Sequence record: SRR31156797_4938
DNA: 36,339 nucleotides
Direction: 5' to 3' (one strand)
This document shows positions 8,678 through 17,038 of the stretch, one piece after another; the first letter of the stretch is position 1, and each line of letters starts with the position of its first letter. Below the pieces are notes generated by a model that ran no database searches, was not told the origin of the DNA, and was given only the letters and a program-made list of their open reading frames with translations. The position numbers and the translations under genes are program-made.

Positions 8678-9649
8678 CTACCCCACCCTGCTGAAACGAC
8701 TGCGATACTCACGGGGACTTAAGCCCGTCATCCGCTTGAAAAGACGCCTGAACGATGAAGGATTATCGTAACCGACTAAGACTGTAATCTCATCCACACC
8801 CTTGGTAGTAACCTCCAGCAGATGGCGGCTCGCCTCAATGCGCAATTGCTGTAGATAATTGTTGGGAGTCAAACCCGTAGCCCGCTTGAATCGGCGCAAA
8901 AAAGTACGCTCACCAAGCCCTGACATTTCAGCCAAAGACTTTACTTTTATTGAAAGATTATAATTTTCCTGCATCCACCCCTGAACCCGATAAATATCCT
9001 TATCCGCAAATCCTTCCTCCACAGATTTGCTCTCGAACATAAAATACGGGGTCTGCACATCACGAGTAGAATCCATAACCAGCATCTTAGCACAGGCTGA
9101 CGAGATATCCCTTCCCATAAAACGGGCAACAATATGCAAGGCCAGATCCTGCCAAGCCATAGCACCCCCCGCACAAATGTAGCCGCCCCCGTCAATAAGC
9201 ATGCGCCTAGGCTGGAGGTCTACATTTTCAAAACGGGCTGAAAAATCCGAGGCTAATTTCCAATGGGTAGTGGCAGGCTTGCCGTCCAGTAGTCCGGCCC
9301 GAGCCATAAGGAATGATCCGGCACATACTGAAGCCAAAACAGTTCCCTGCTTCCCCATCTCAGCAATGCGGGCGATGAGCGGTTCGTCTTCCAGTAACAC
9401 CTCAATATCCCCGAACACCGGGGGAATGACTAGAATATCAGGCAGAGCATCCCGAATGCTCCCGCTAACCTGCAAGGAAATCCCGACAAATCCAGCAACA
9501 TTTTCACCATCAGGACTCAGGATCGATAATCCGCTGAATTCTTCTCCGGCTGACTCCTGCGCCAGACTGTTGGCGATACTCAAGATTTCCAGCACCCCGG
9601 AAACCGCACTGACCAGACAATTATCATAGGCAAGGACTGCTACATTCAT
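8678..9649 (-). CDS. GlxA-family (DJ-1/PfpI amidase domain plus AraC HTH) transcriptional regulator
   Basis: ASVCAGSF.MARAGLLDGKPATTHW; C-terminal ERTFLRRFKRATG, VGYDNPSSFRRLFKRMTGLSPREYR. Confidence 0.93.
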   Translation of the reverse strand: MNVAVLAYDNCLVSAVSGVLEILSIANSLAQESAGEEFSGLSILSPDGENVAGFVGISLQVSGSIRDALPDILVIPPVFGDIEVLLEDEPLIARIAEMGKQGTVLASVCAGSFLMARAGLLDGKPATTHWKLASDFSARFENVDLQPRRMLIDGGGYICAGGAMAWQDLALHIVARFMGRDISSACAKMLVMDSTRDVQTPYFMFESKSVEEGFADKDIYRVQGWMQENYNLSIKVKSLAEMSGLGERTFLRRFKRATGLTPNNYLQQLRIEASRHLLEVTTKGVDEITVLVGYDNPSSFRRLFKRMTGLSPREYRSRFSRVG

Positions 9650-9655
9650 AATGCC

Positions 9656-9695
9656 TTATTGTCATTTTCAGCACGATTATTGTCAATAGCGCCAC
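9656..9695 (+). promoter_or_regulatory. Direct-repeat binding site candidate for the AraC/GlxA regulator
   Basis: TTATTGTCA-N7-CAC repeated at 9656 and 9677 (21-bp period) in the divergent intergenic region. Confidence 0.6.
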
Positions 9696-9763
9696 TTAAT
9701 TTTAACGCTAATCTGTCAGCATATACTCAATTCGAACGCAATACTTCAACAAGGAGAATTAAA

Positions 9764-10309
9764 ATGAGCACAAAAGCACTGATCATCATTGATATCCAAA
9801 ACGACTACTTTCCCGGCGGTAAATTCACTCTCGACAACAGTGAAAATACAGGATCAAAAGCTGCACAAGTCCTCGACTATTTCAGAAAAACAGCACAGCC
9901 GGTAATTCATATCCAGCACATTTCCGTGCGTGAAGGATCTGTATTTTTCCTGCCTGAGACTGAAGGAGTTAAAATCAACAAATGCGTTAAACCGCTGGAA
10001 AACGAAATTTTGGTCCGCAAAAACTATCCAAACAGCTTCCTGGAAACCAGCCTTGATGTTGAGCTGAAAAATATGGGAATTGATGAACTGGTCATCACCG
10101 GAATGATGAGCAACATGTGTGTTGATGCCACTACCAGGGCAGCTACGGATATAGGCTACAAGTGCACGGTTGTGCACGACGGTTGCTGCGCAGCCAGCCT
10201 TGTATTTAACGGTGTGAAAGCAGGATCAGCGGAAGTTCATGCCGGATTCATGGCTTCACTGGGCATGTTCTATGCACAAATGGTCAGCGCTGACGAATTG
10301 ATCGGCTAA
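9764..10309 (+). CDS. Isochorismatase-family cysteine hydrolase
   Basis: ALIIIDIQNDYF (Asp), RKNYPNSF (Lys), GMMSNMCVDAT.R (Cys); AAGGAG RBS before ATG 9764. Confidence 0.92.
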   Translation: MSTKALIIIDIQNDYFPGGKFTLDNSENTGSKAAQVLDYFRKTAQPVIHIQHISVREGSVFFLPETEGVKINKCVKPLENEILVRKNYPNSFLETSLDVELKNMGIDELVITGMMSNMCVDATTRAATDIGYKCTVVHDGCCAASLVFNGVKAGSAEVHAGFMASLGMFYAQMVSADELIG

Positions 10310-11238
10310 CGCACATTTTGAACCCGGAGGTACAGCATCAGGCCGAGCATGGTCAGACCGATACCGGACCAGCCCAATACTCCGGGCAGGGTTCCATGCA
10401 GAAGCACAACCTCTCCAGCCAACGAAAAAAGCACTTCCATGGACTGGGTGCAATCTGCCGCGGCCAGCTCAGCTGCGTTTCGGGCTTTATGTCGGGCGTA
10501 GAGAAAAAGGCTGGTCGCGGCAATCCCGGAAAATATTGCTACAAAAGCGGTATTCATAATCTGCCCCGCTTGGGGAAGAGCTGGCTGAGTGAATAAAATC
10601 AATCCGGCCCACAGAGGCAGGGAGCCGAGAGTTAATAACAGCACACGGCAAAAAGGATCATCCATGACTGGATCACCCAAAGCCGGAATTATCCCGCTAC
10701 CGCCATTACGCGCCTCCCAGACTAGTTGATTACCGAAAGGATAGGCAAAAGCTGCCACAAAAACCGGGATCGCTCCCAGTAATACCGCGTTCCATGAACT
10801 ACCCTCCATGCTTTCAGCATTAACAAGCAGCACTCCAGCGAAAATAATCAGGGTCAGCAACATGGCCCGCAAAGGAATCTTTTTACCGAATCCTAATAGG
10901 ACCAGAGGTGTAGCAAGTATGGTGGTCTGCCAAGTGGCGGCAACCACCCAGCCCGGAGTATATGAGGCACTAAAAGTGATCAGGGCGTAGAAAACACCAA
11001 AGCCCACACCACCCGCAACGGTCCAAAATTTCCAATGTTTCAGGTAAAGTCTGAACGAACGCCCCAGTAATTCACGACGAAAAAGGCCAAGCCCGACAAA
11101 AAGCAGAGCCAGCATCCAGAAATAGCGTAAACTTGCCGACCAGACCCAATGTCCGCCCTCAAGACTCATAGCTCTGTTGAGCACAAAAGTAGTGCTGAAA
11201 AACAGAGCCGCCAGAATCCCGGTCAGGATAATCTGCAT
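10306..11238 (-). CDS. DMT/EamA-like membrane transporter (YjlA-like putative efflux family)
   Basis: About 10 TM segments; FFSTTFVLNRAM..GGHW.WSASLRY, AYPFGN, TQSMEVLF. Confidence 0.85.
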   Translation of the reverse strand: MQIILTGILAALFFSTTFVLNRAMSLEGGHWVWSASLRYFWMLALLFVGLGLFRRELLGRSFRLYLKHWKFWTVAGGVGFGVFYALITFSASYTPGWVVAATWQTTILATPLVLLGFGKKIPLRAMLLTLIIFAGVLLVNAESMEGSSWNAVLLGAIPVFVAAFAYPFGNQLVWEARNGGSGIIPALGDPVMDDPFCRVLLLTLGSLPLWAGLILFTQPALPQAGQIMNTAFVAIFSGIAATSLFLYARHKARNAAELAAADCTQSMEVLFSLAGEVVLLHGTLPGVLGWSGIGLTMLGLMLYLRVQNVR

Positions 11239-11259
11239 CTAAATCTCCGTAAGTTAATT

Positions 11260-12084
11260 TTAAATCTCGCCGTTCCTGATCATCTCTGAAAGTTTATGCA
11301 GATCTTCGGCAGTGGGAATGTAGCCGCGCTGAAAAGAAGGAGCATTGGCCCGCCCGCGCAAATGCTCATTTGCCCATCCAACTACGACCTTATTAAAAAA
11401 TTGGGGATTATTTAAAACAATGTGGGCCTTGGCCGCACCGTCCTCTTTTTCAGCCTGAAATGAATAATTGGATTCATGGACGTGGTGGATGTAGAGAGAC
11501 TGCGCGATACGCTGAAATTTACCCCCGGCCATCAAACATTGCACCCAGTAATCCCAATCTTCGTAAGTGGTATTTTCCCGGTAACGTACCCCCGCATCCC
11601 ATAATTCACGACGGTAAAGAGCGGCAGTTGCAACCGTGTTCTGGGTCCGCAAATGCAGGGGATTAAAATCCGGCAAGGTACGATTGAAAGATTGTCCGGG
11701 GGCGGTTTCATAGTAATCTGAATAAACTACTGATATCTTCGTTTTGGATTCCAGCAAAGCGATGCATGTTTCCAAAAATTCCGGTTTCAATTCATCGTCC
11801 GGGTCAAAACAGAGCAGAAACTTTCCTGTAGCCTGCTCCAACCCGTAATTGCGCACAGGTCCGGGACTGCCGGATCTAGGAGGGGTCAGAATTTTAAATT
11901 CTTGGCAATCAAGACTTGCAGCCCATTTACGGGCCTGTTCAAGGGAATCATCACTGCTACCGTCATCAACAAAAATTATCTCCACATCCCTGAGGGACAT
12001 GGTCTGCGCAGCCAGTGAACCGAAAAGGCGGTCAGCAAAACGTCCGTAATTATAGTTGGGGACAATGAAGGAAAGCAGAGTCAT
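11260..12084 (-). CDS. Glycosyltransferase family 2
   Basis: SFIVPNYN, EIIFVDDGSSD, RN.GL..A.G, DPDD, YEDWDYW; start placed at ATG 12084. Confidence 0.9.
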   Translation of the reverse strand: MTLLSFIVPNYNYGRFADRLFGSLAAQTMSLRDVEIIFVDDGSSDDSLEQARKWAASLDCQEFKILTPPRSGSPGPVRNYGLEQATGKFLLCFDPDDELKPEFLETCIALLESKTKISVVYSDYYETAPGQSFNRTLPDFNPLHLRTQNTVATAALYRRELWDAGVRYRENTTYEDWDYWVQCLMAGGKFQRIAQSLYIHHVHESNYSFQAEKEDGAAKAHIVLNNPQFFNKVVVGWANEHLRGRANAPSFQRGYIPTAEDLHKLSEMIRNGEI

Positions 12085-12150
12085 GCGTGTGTATCCATTG
12101 CGCAAGATGTTTTTTTTAAACGAATACACTACACTGCTGCAATAATGCAA

Positions 12151-12180
12151 GCAGCCCGGAACATCGTAGTTCCGGGCTGC
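12151..12180 (-). terminator. Hairpin downstream of msrAB
   Basis: GCAGCCCGGAAC-ATCGTA-GTTCCGGGCTGC, 12-bp perfect stem; U-tract weak. Confidence 0.7.
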
Positions 12181-12187
12181 AATTTTC

Positions 12188-13285
12188 TCACTTGAACAAC
12201 TTCAAATACTCTCTGTACCCTTCGCTTTCCAATTCTTCCAAAGGGATAAAACGTAAGGCCGCGGAATTGATGCAATAGCGTAATCCCTTGGGCTGAGGAC
12301 CATCATCAAAGACATGTCCCAGATGGGAATCCGCCTTGCGGGAACGCACTTCAACACGAGTCATGAAAAAAGACCGGTCTTCCTTCTCCACAACACCCTG
12401 CCCTTCAATAGGCTGAGTAAAGCTGGGCCAGCCGGTGCCCGAATCAAACTTATCCCGGGAACTGAAGAGCGGTTCACCGGAGACGATATCCACATAGATT
12501 CCATCGCGGTGATTGTCCCAGAACTTATTGTCAAAAGCAGGCTCGGTTCCATCTTCGCGAACCACCTTGAATTGCAGCGGAGTGAGGATTTCACGCAATT
12601 TGGTATCATCCGGCCGCTTATAACCGTCTACTTCCTGCACTGATTGCTTACGCTCTTCTTTTTCACTCCAATGCTCTTCAATGAATGAATCCCGGCCAGA
12701 CAAATACCTATACCAATTGTATCGAACCGGATTCTTCTTGTAATAATCCTGATGGTATTCCTCGGCCCTGTAAAACTTTTCGAAAGGCAACAGCTTGGTT
12801 ACAAGAGGCCGCTCAAAAACACCTGAACCATCTATATCCAGCAAAACGTCTGAAGCTATCTTCTTCTGCTCTTCGTCATGATAGAAAATAGCCGAAGTAT
12901 ACTGCTCTCCACGGTCATTAAACGAACCGCCCGCATCAGTTGGGTCATGATGCTTTAAGAACACCCGCAAGATTTCTTCATAGCTCACCTTATCGGGGTC
13001 AAAACGAACCTGCACAACCTCAAGGTGCCCGGAATTTCCAGAACTTACTTGCTCATAACTGGGATTCTCCACGTTTCCCCCGGAATAACCGGAAACAACA
13101 TCTATAATCCCGTTCACTTTTTCAAAGTCGGATTCAACACACCAGAAACATCCTCCGGCCAAGGTTGCAATTTCATGATTATTCACAGTTTCTTGCATCT
13201 TGTTTTCCCCTTTGCTTTCAGCTGCAAATGAATATCCAACGAACAATAAGGCCACGGAAAAAATATATGGCAACAGCTTAATCAT
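12188..13285 (-). CDS. msrAB: Bifunctional peptide-methionine sulfoxide reductase MsrA/MsrB with signal peptide
   Basis: N-terminal signal (..VGYSFA-A); Msr[15 protein letters not shown]; Msr[37 protein letters not shown]. Confidence 0.95.
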   Translation of the reverse strand: MIKLLPYIFSVALLFVGYSFAAESKGENKMQETVNNHEIATLAGGCFWCVESDFEKVNGIIDVVSGYSGGNVENPSYEQVSSGNSGHLEVVQVRFDPDKVSYEEILRVFLKHHDPTDAGGSFNDRGEQYTSAIFYHDEEQKKIASDVLLDIDGSGVFERPLVTKLLPFEKFYRAEEYHQDYYKKNPVRYNWYRYLSGRDSFIEEHWSEKEERKQSVQEVDGYKRPDDTKLREILTPLQFKVVREDGTEPAFDNKFWDNHRDGIYVDIVSGEPLFSSRDKFDSGTGWPSFTQPIEGQGVVEKEDRSFFMTRVEVRSRKADSHLGHVFDDGPQPKGLRYCINSAALRFIPLEELESEGYREYLKLFK

Positions 13286-13299
13286 AAATCAGACTCCAA

Positions 13300-13320
13300 T
13301 GTTAGTAACTATTACTAACA
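13300..13320. promoter_or_regulatory. Palindromic operator upstream of msrAB
   Basis: Perfect TGTTAGTAA-CTA-TTACTAACA, 15 nt upstream of the start; TTGACT on the minus strand at 13347-13342. Confidence 0.7.
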
Positions 13321-13357
13321 AGCTATATATTTCTCCTCCATAGTCAACCAAAGAAAA

Positions 13358-13386
13358 CAAAAAGCGCAGCCAAAATGACTGCGCTT
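13358..13386 (-). terminator. Terminator of the dipeptidase gene
   Basis: Minus strand AAGCGCAGTCATTTTGGCTGCGC followed by TTTTTGTTTTC. Confidence 0.7.
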
Positions 13387-13418
13387 CATTATAAGTGAGA
13401 CGATTATGGATGAACCGA

Positions 13419-14111
13419 TTACTTGATAGGAAAATTAAAATAGGTTTCCGGAAAAGGCTCAAATTCAAGGGTAAAATGCCACCACTCTTCCTTCAAAGGT
13501 TTAAAACCATTGCGAATCATAACAGCACGCAGCAACGCACGGTTTGAACGTGCCTGCATACTCATCTCCTTATTGTTCGGCCATGATTTAGGACCAAAGA
13601 AATCAAAGCCCGTCCCCATATCCAGCTCGTGCTTGGTCTTGAGGTCGATGATGGTCAGGTCAACGGTAGAGCCACGTGAGTGGCCGGATTTTGCAGCAAT
13701 ATATCCATCACGGAAAAGGTTCTTTTTCTGCACGTCAGGATAGTATTGCTGCTTCATGCGGGTATCCTTCAAATCCTCCGCCCAACGAACAAAGTGAAGT
13801 ACTGCATCCTGCGGACGGTAACCGTCAAAAATTTTCATCCCCAACCCGAAAGGGGCGAGATCCATCTGCACTCCGGCTAGAGCCGCTGCCGCATCACGAG
13901 TCAGAATAACCCGTTCCGACTGATAACCGTCAATGCGCTCACCTACAAAATTATTACTGCCGAAATAGCGGACATCATAGACAGCGTCAGGAACAATATT
14001 ATCCAGATAGCAAAATTCATCCTGTAAGCCGTTATCTCCGCCGAACGCTACGGAAAACGAAAACAAAACACTTAGAACAACTAACAACACACAATATTTT
14101 ACACTACGCAT
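13419..14111 (-). CDS. ddpX: D-alanyl-D-alanine dipeptidase (peptidase M15D, VanX/DdpX family) with signal peptide
   Basis: RY...NNFVG, FDGYRP, SGHSRGSTVD (Zn ligands), DMGTGFDFF, EWWHF; GGAGG RBS before ATG 14111. Confidence 0.9.
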   Translation of the reverse strand: MRSVKYCVLLVVLSVLFSFSVAFGGDNGLQDEFCYLDNIVPDAVYDVRYFGSNNFVGERIDGYQSERVILTRDAAAALAGVQMDLAPFGLGMKIFDGYRPQDAVLHFVRWAEDLKDTRMKQQYYPDVQKKNLFRDGYIAAKSGHSRGSTVDLTIIDLKTKHELDMGTGFDFFGPKSWPNNKEMSMQARSNRALLRAVMIRNGFKPLKEEWWHFTLEFEPFPETYFNFPIK

Positions 14112-14231
14112 CGGACCTCCAACTTCCAAGAAGATACTATCTGTAAGCGCTGTCAAACTATTTGCAGGAAAACAAAAATGGATATAGGCTTTTACTATTA
14201 AGGTCTTTCACCAAAAACAAATCACGTTATA

Positions 14232-15254
14232 ATGACAGATTCAACATCCATCTCTCCAGCCGGAAAACATACCTTTTTTTGTAGATTTGTCACGTGCCTA
14301 TTATTGGCAACTTACATACTGTGCTTTCCCTGTGCAAGCTATGCCCAAAAAACAATCGTTACCATACCAAAAGCAACTATTTTCAATTTCTGGCGGATAG
14401 TGTGCATGGGGGCTCATGCTGCAGCTGAAGATTCAGATATAAACCTGATCTGGCGCGGACCAAGAGTGGAAAACAAGGCCAACGCGCAACAACATCTTCT
14501 TGAGTATTATATTGACCAAAAGGTTGATGCTATTGTGCTGGCACCCATGGATCGGAAAAAACTGAATCCATCCATCGAAAAAGCTGTACATGCAGGCATT
14601 AAGGTCGTCATCATCGACTCTCCGGTAACCAGCGATGCTATAGACAGCTTCATTGCTACAGACAATTACAAAGCTGGTGCTCTAGGAGCAGAACTGCTGG
14701 CAGCCAAGCTTCGTGCGTCAGGCCCAGTTCTTGTGGTCGGACACTCGCCGAATAACGGCTCATGTACATTAAGGGAGAAAGGATTTATTGATAGAATGCA
14801 AACCCTATCACCGGGAAGAACGATCATCAGCATCCATATGCGTGACGGCAGCGAGCGGGAATCAAGACTATCAACAGAAGAAATTTTAAAAAACACGCCC
14901 TCTATCTCAGGAATATTCACAACTAACGAAGCCACATCGGATGGAGTCCTGCATACAATAAATACCCGCAACGGGACCCGCATTCCATTCGTAGCATTTG
15001 ACTACAACCAAAAGCTGCTACATGGTATTCGCAATAAAAATATCGAAGCTCTAATCACCCAGCGTCCCTATGCTCTGGGTTTCTTCGGGGTACGCGCAGC
15101 CATTGAACTACTGGACGGCAAAAAGGTTTCAAAACAAATGGAAAGCCCGGTCACAGTTATCACCTACGAAAACATAGATAAAGCTGAAAACCTCCGCTGT
15201 CTGCGCAAAGTCTCTATTGAAGAAAAGACTGCTTGTCCCATCTGCTTTAATTAA
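14232..15254 (+). CDS. Periplasmic sugar-binding-type protein (RbsB-like), orphan
   Basis: Signal peptide; FW..V..GA..AA, VDAIVLAP, GIKVVIIDS, FIATDNYKAG, R..GF, ITQRPY..G. Confidence 0.85.
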   Translation: MTDSTSISPAGKHTFFCRFVTCLLLATYILCFPCASYAQKTIVTIPKATIFNFWRIVCMGAHAAAEDSDINLIWRGPRVENKANAQQHLLEYYIDQKVDAIVLAPMDRKKLNPSIEKAVHAGIKVVIIDSPVTSDAIDSFIATDNYKAGALGAELLAAKLRASGPVLVVGHSPNNGSCTLREKGFIDRMQTLSPGRTIISIHMRDGSERESRLSTEEILKNTPSISGIFTTNEATSDGVLHTINTRNGTRIPFVAFDYNQKLLHGIRNKNIEALITQRPYALGFFGVRAAIELLDGKKVSKQMESPVTVITYENIDKAENLRCLRKVSIEEKTACPICFN

Positions 15255-15308
15255 TAAAGGCCGCCCTCCTAGAAGACCGGCCCTACAAACAAAACTAATT
15301 TCTTTGAA

Positions 15309-15671
15309 TCAGCCACCGAACCAGCCGGGAGCCAACACTTCCATCGCCTTGGTGTAATGGACGCGCAAATCTTCCAACTTACCGGAGATAACTTTTTCCT
15401 GCTCACCGAGACTGGTAGGGCAAACATCCTTCATCTGGTCAACTACCCCTTCCAGCTCTTTCATGGTCGACTTGAGCATCACGATCTGATCCTTGAGATT
15501 ATCGGACTTGTCGTCAGCCAGCACGTCATACAGGCGGGCTTTCCAGGCATTGAGTTCCATCTCCAAGCCCTTGCAATAGTGATTCACAGCCTGCTGCTTT
15601 GCTTCTTCAGTGCTGCAACCGTCAATGCCTACACAACTGGGACAAGGTCCGGGATAATCCATATTAGCCAT
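15309..15671 (-). CDS. Hypothetical protein with N-terminal Cys cluster and coiled coil
   Basis: GGAGG RBS; CPSC-x5-C...NHYC followed by heptad-like helices; ends GWFGG. Confidence 0.8.
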   Translation of the reverse strand: MANMDYPGPCPSCVGIDGCSTEEAKQQAVNHYCKGLEMELNAWKARLYDVLADDKSDNLKDQIVMLKSTMKELEGVVDQMKDVCPTSLGEQEKVISGKLEDLRVHYTKAMEVLAPGWFGG

Positions 15672-15841
15672 AACAAACCTCCAAATAATAAATTTAAGGA
15701 CCCTTAAATTTTAACACACTATATCGGCACTGACATTATTTTTTACCAAAAAAAGCACCCCTTTATAACTAACTGCAATTTCGAATTATATCACTATAAA
15801 GCAAGTACACACATGCCCACCCAAACAAAATCCAACCGTAT

Positions 15842-17038
15842 CTACAATGGAACTCCACCCCATCTCCGCACATACACATCAACATCAAACTTCCGGCGGC
15901 AGCCCCGCTCATTCATGTAACGGATGGAACCGAACACGGAGCGTTTTTTCCAGCCCCGGTCATGCAATCCGCCAATGGACCAAAGCGCCCCCACATAACC
16001 GTTGGGATCACGCCCATCCAGCTCAAAGCGGTCATTAAGTGCGAGAGTAATCCGTAAAGCATCTTCCGCTGATGCGGACCATTCCAAAATCTTTTTGGCC
16101 CAATACATGCGCATATAACCGTGCATGAATCCCGACTGCACCACCTGATTCTGGGCCGCATTCCATAAGGCAGAATGCGTACGTGCCTGCTCAAATTCTT
16201 CATAGGAAAACAGATAGGCCCGACGGTCTGTTAAATGTTCAGACAAAGTCTTCGATGCCCATTCCGGAGCTGCATCCAGTGAGTTATAATTCGGGGTATA
16301 CAAACAAAAATTATCCGCAAGTTCACGGCGAACAATAAGCTCTTCAAGATAGGATTCCACACCATCCCCCGCATGGGCGGCATCCTCACCAGAGAGAAAA
16401 TCAACCGGACCGACTGATCTATCAACCTCTAAAGAATCGCATACTTATTCCCAATCAATAGCCGGAAATCCCTCACCTCTCATTCCGGCGAAATCCATCT
16501 CGGGAAATTCCTCCAGAAATTCCGGGAGCAACCTCTGGATCTTCGGCCTGATGGTCCGTGCCCCATACTCACGCTTATCAGTCACAAAACGTGCCGGGAC
16601 AACATTATGCCCATCGACCTCCAGCAGTGGAACATCAATTCTCTGTCCGATATTTTTCTGCCATTGTTGTTTAATGCGCAGGGGATCAAAGTCGGTAACC
16701 ACAGATCCTGCCCGAACCTTGCGCACAAAATCCGGAAAGACATTGTCTGGCTGCCCACTCAGCAGAACAAAATCGTAACCCAGTCCCCGCAAATCCCGTT
16801 CAACCTGCAGCAACCCCTTGAGCATAAAATCATATTGACTCATGGTTGCGCCGAGAAATGACGGAACGAGACAAAAAACAACAAACAATGGAACCTTGTC
16901 CCCGGCAAGTTCCCGTGCATGGAGTAAACCCCAATTATCACGGACACGCTGCTCCCTGCTCATCCAATAAATTATCGGCCCCTCGGTTCTTTCAGCTGAA
17001 TTGAGTTTTTGGATTCTCCGGCGGTCCACTTTAACCAT
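15842..17038 (-). pseudogene. phrB: Class II CPD DNA photolyase, disrupted
   Basis: N-part YWMSREQRVRDNW.L, VDGHNVVP, EYGARTIRPKI; C-part EELIVRRELADNFC, MHGYMRMYWAKKILEW, DGRDPNGY. Both parts are in one frame, separated by TAA at 16447-16445; the conserved RNDP...LSPYLHFG block is absent. Confidence 0.9.

Noticed and set aside
13419-14111. Vancomycin resistance cluster
   Set aside because: Only a VanX-like gene; no vanH/vanA/vanRS; Gram-negative host.
15259-15282. GGCCG...CGGCC hairpin between convergent genes
   Set aside because: Stem is short and imperfect; not confident enough to call a terminator.
15800-15820. Possible sigma54 promoter (minus strand GGCA...TTGC) upstream of the 15671 gene
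   Set aside because: GG-to-GC spacing is 13 nt rather than the required 10.
16445-16447. Programmed recoding or frameshift, or a genuine two-subunit photolyase
   Set aside because: The stop is TAA (not the Sec/Pyl codons), both fragments share a frame, and a conserved core segment is missing anyway.
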